Below, piece by piece: positions 37,714 to 38,150 of a stretch of DNA of 38,150 nt (position 1 is its first letter; every line of letters starts with the position of its first letter). The notes beneath the pieces are model-generated. The model was not told the DNA's origin. It did no database searches and saw nothing but the letters and a program-made list of their open reading frames with translations. This stretch comes from Myxococcales bacterium (GTDB taxonomy: Bacteria; Myxococcota; UBA727; JABDBI01), in the NCBI GenBank assembly GCA_023248655.1, contig JAHFEE010000001.1, forward strand, positions 1,543-39,692, read 5' to 3'. The translations under genes and the position numbers were made by a program.

Positions 37714-37735
37714 ATTCATTCGGAAACACAACATT

Positions 37736-38150
37736 ATGGCAAAAAAAATAACAGCTTTCATTAAATTGCAAATCTCAGCAGGGAAGGCAACTCCTGCACC
37801 GCCGGTTGGTCCGGCTCTAGGACAACACGGATTAAATATTCCAAGTTTCTGCAAGGAGTTCAATGCTAGAACACAAGATCAAATCGGAATGATAATTCCG
37901 ATAGTTATTACTGCTTATTCGGATAAATCTTTTACTTTTGAATGCAAAACGCCTCCGGCCTCTGTTTTGTTAAAGAAAGCCGCCAATCTGAAAACTGATA
38001 AAAAACCAGGATCTGGTGCTAAGAATCCTGGAAAAGAAAAAGTCGGCAAGGTCACCTATGATCAAATTGCTGAAATCGCTAAACTGAAAGCTCCGGATTT
38101 AAACTGTTACAGCGCTGAAGCCGGAATTAAAATAATAGTTGGAACCGCTC
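37736..38150 (+). CDS. rplK: 50S ribosomal protein L11, 3'-truncated by the window edge (not in the ORF track)
   Basis: Hand translation gives [47 protein letters not shown]...[12 protein letters not shown]..., the canonical L11 sequence. The frame stays open to the end of the window. Confidence 0.95.
   Translation, partial: MAKKITAFIKLQISAGKATPAPPVGPALGQHGLNIPSFCKEFNARTQDQIGMIIPIVITAYSDKSFTFECKTPPASVLLKKAANLKTDKKPGSGAKNPGKEKVGKVTYDQIAEIAKLKAPDLNCYSAEAGIKIIVGTA

Overview
This is a visibly AT-rich bacterial chromosomal segment that uses the standard genetic code. It is dominated by translation and housekeeping genes. The window opens inside a 23S rRNA gene, followed by 5S rRNA and a strong intrinsic terminator. 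The identifiable genes then run in this order:
- ruvC, pspA-like, AI-2E permease, epmA-like
- rplI and rpsF, leuS, tRNA-Met
- rplQ-rpoA-rpsK-rpsM-rpmJ
- trpS, gatCA, an MHS-type MFS transporter plus putA, an RNase E/G homolog
- two orphan ORFs
- tRNA-Thr, tRNA-Ser, thrS, tRNA-Val
- map, rseP-like, asnS, tdk
- a small orphan ORF, truA, tatB-like/tatC, a DEAD-box helicase
- folP, tmk, secE, nusG, and the 5' part of rplK

I see no transposase, integrase, phage gene, CRISPR array, toxin-antitoxin pair or recognisable defence operon. I cannot support a claim of a new multi-gene system here.

The observations most worth a second look are:
1. tRNA genes abut aminoacyl-tRNA synthetase start codons: tRNA-Val CCA sits directly against the thrS ATG, and tRNA-Met lies 11 nt from the leuS ATG.
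2. The ThrRS lacks the N-terminal TGS domain.
3. The LeuRS has a shortened CP1 editing domain with substituted editing-site residues.
4. Ribosomal-protein operons are fragmented: rpsF-rplI lacks rpsR, and the alpha operon lacks rpsD and its spc-operon neighbours.
5. Several intergenic spacers of 0.4-0.8 kb have no ORF and carry long perfect AT-only inverted repeats just upstream of start codons.
6. A coiled-coil orphan is paired with a small beta-barrel-like orphan.

All family assignments come from reading the translations by eye. Comparisons to E. coli proteins are from memory and need real alignments.
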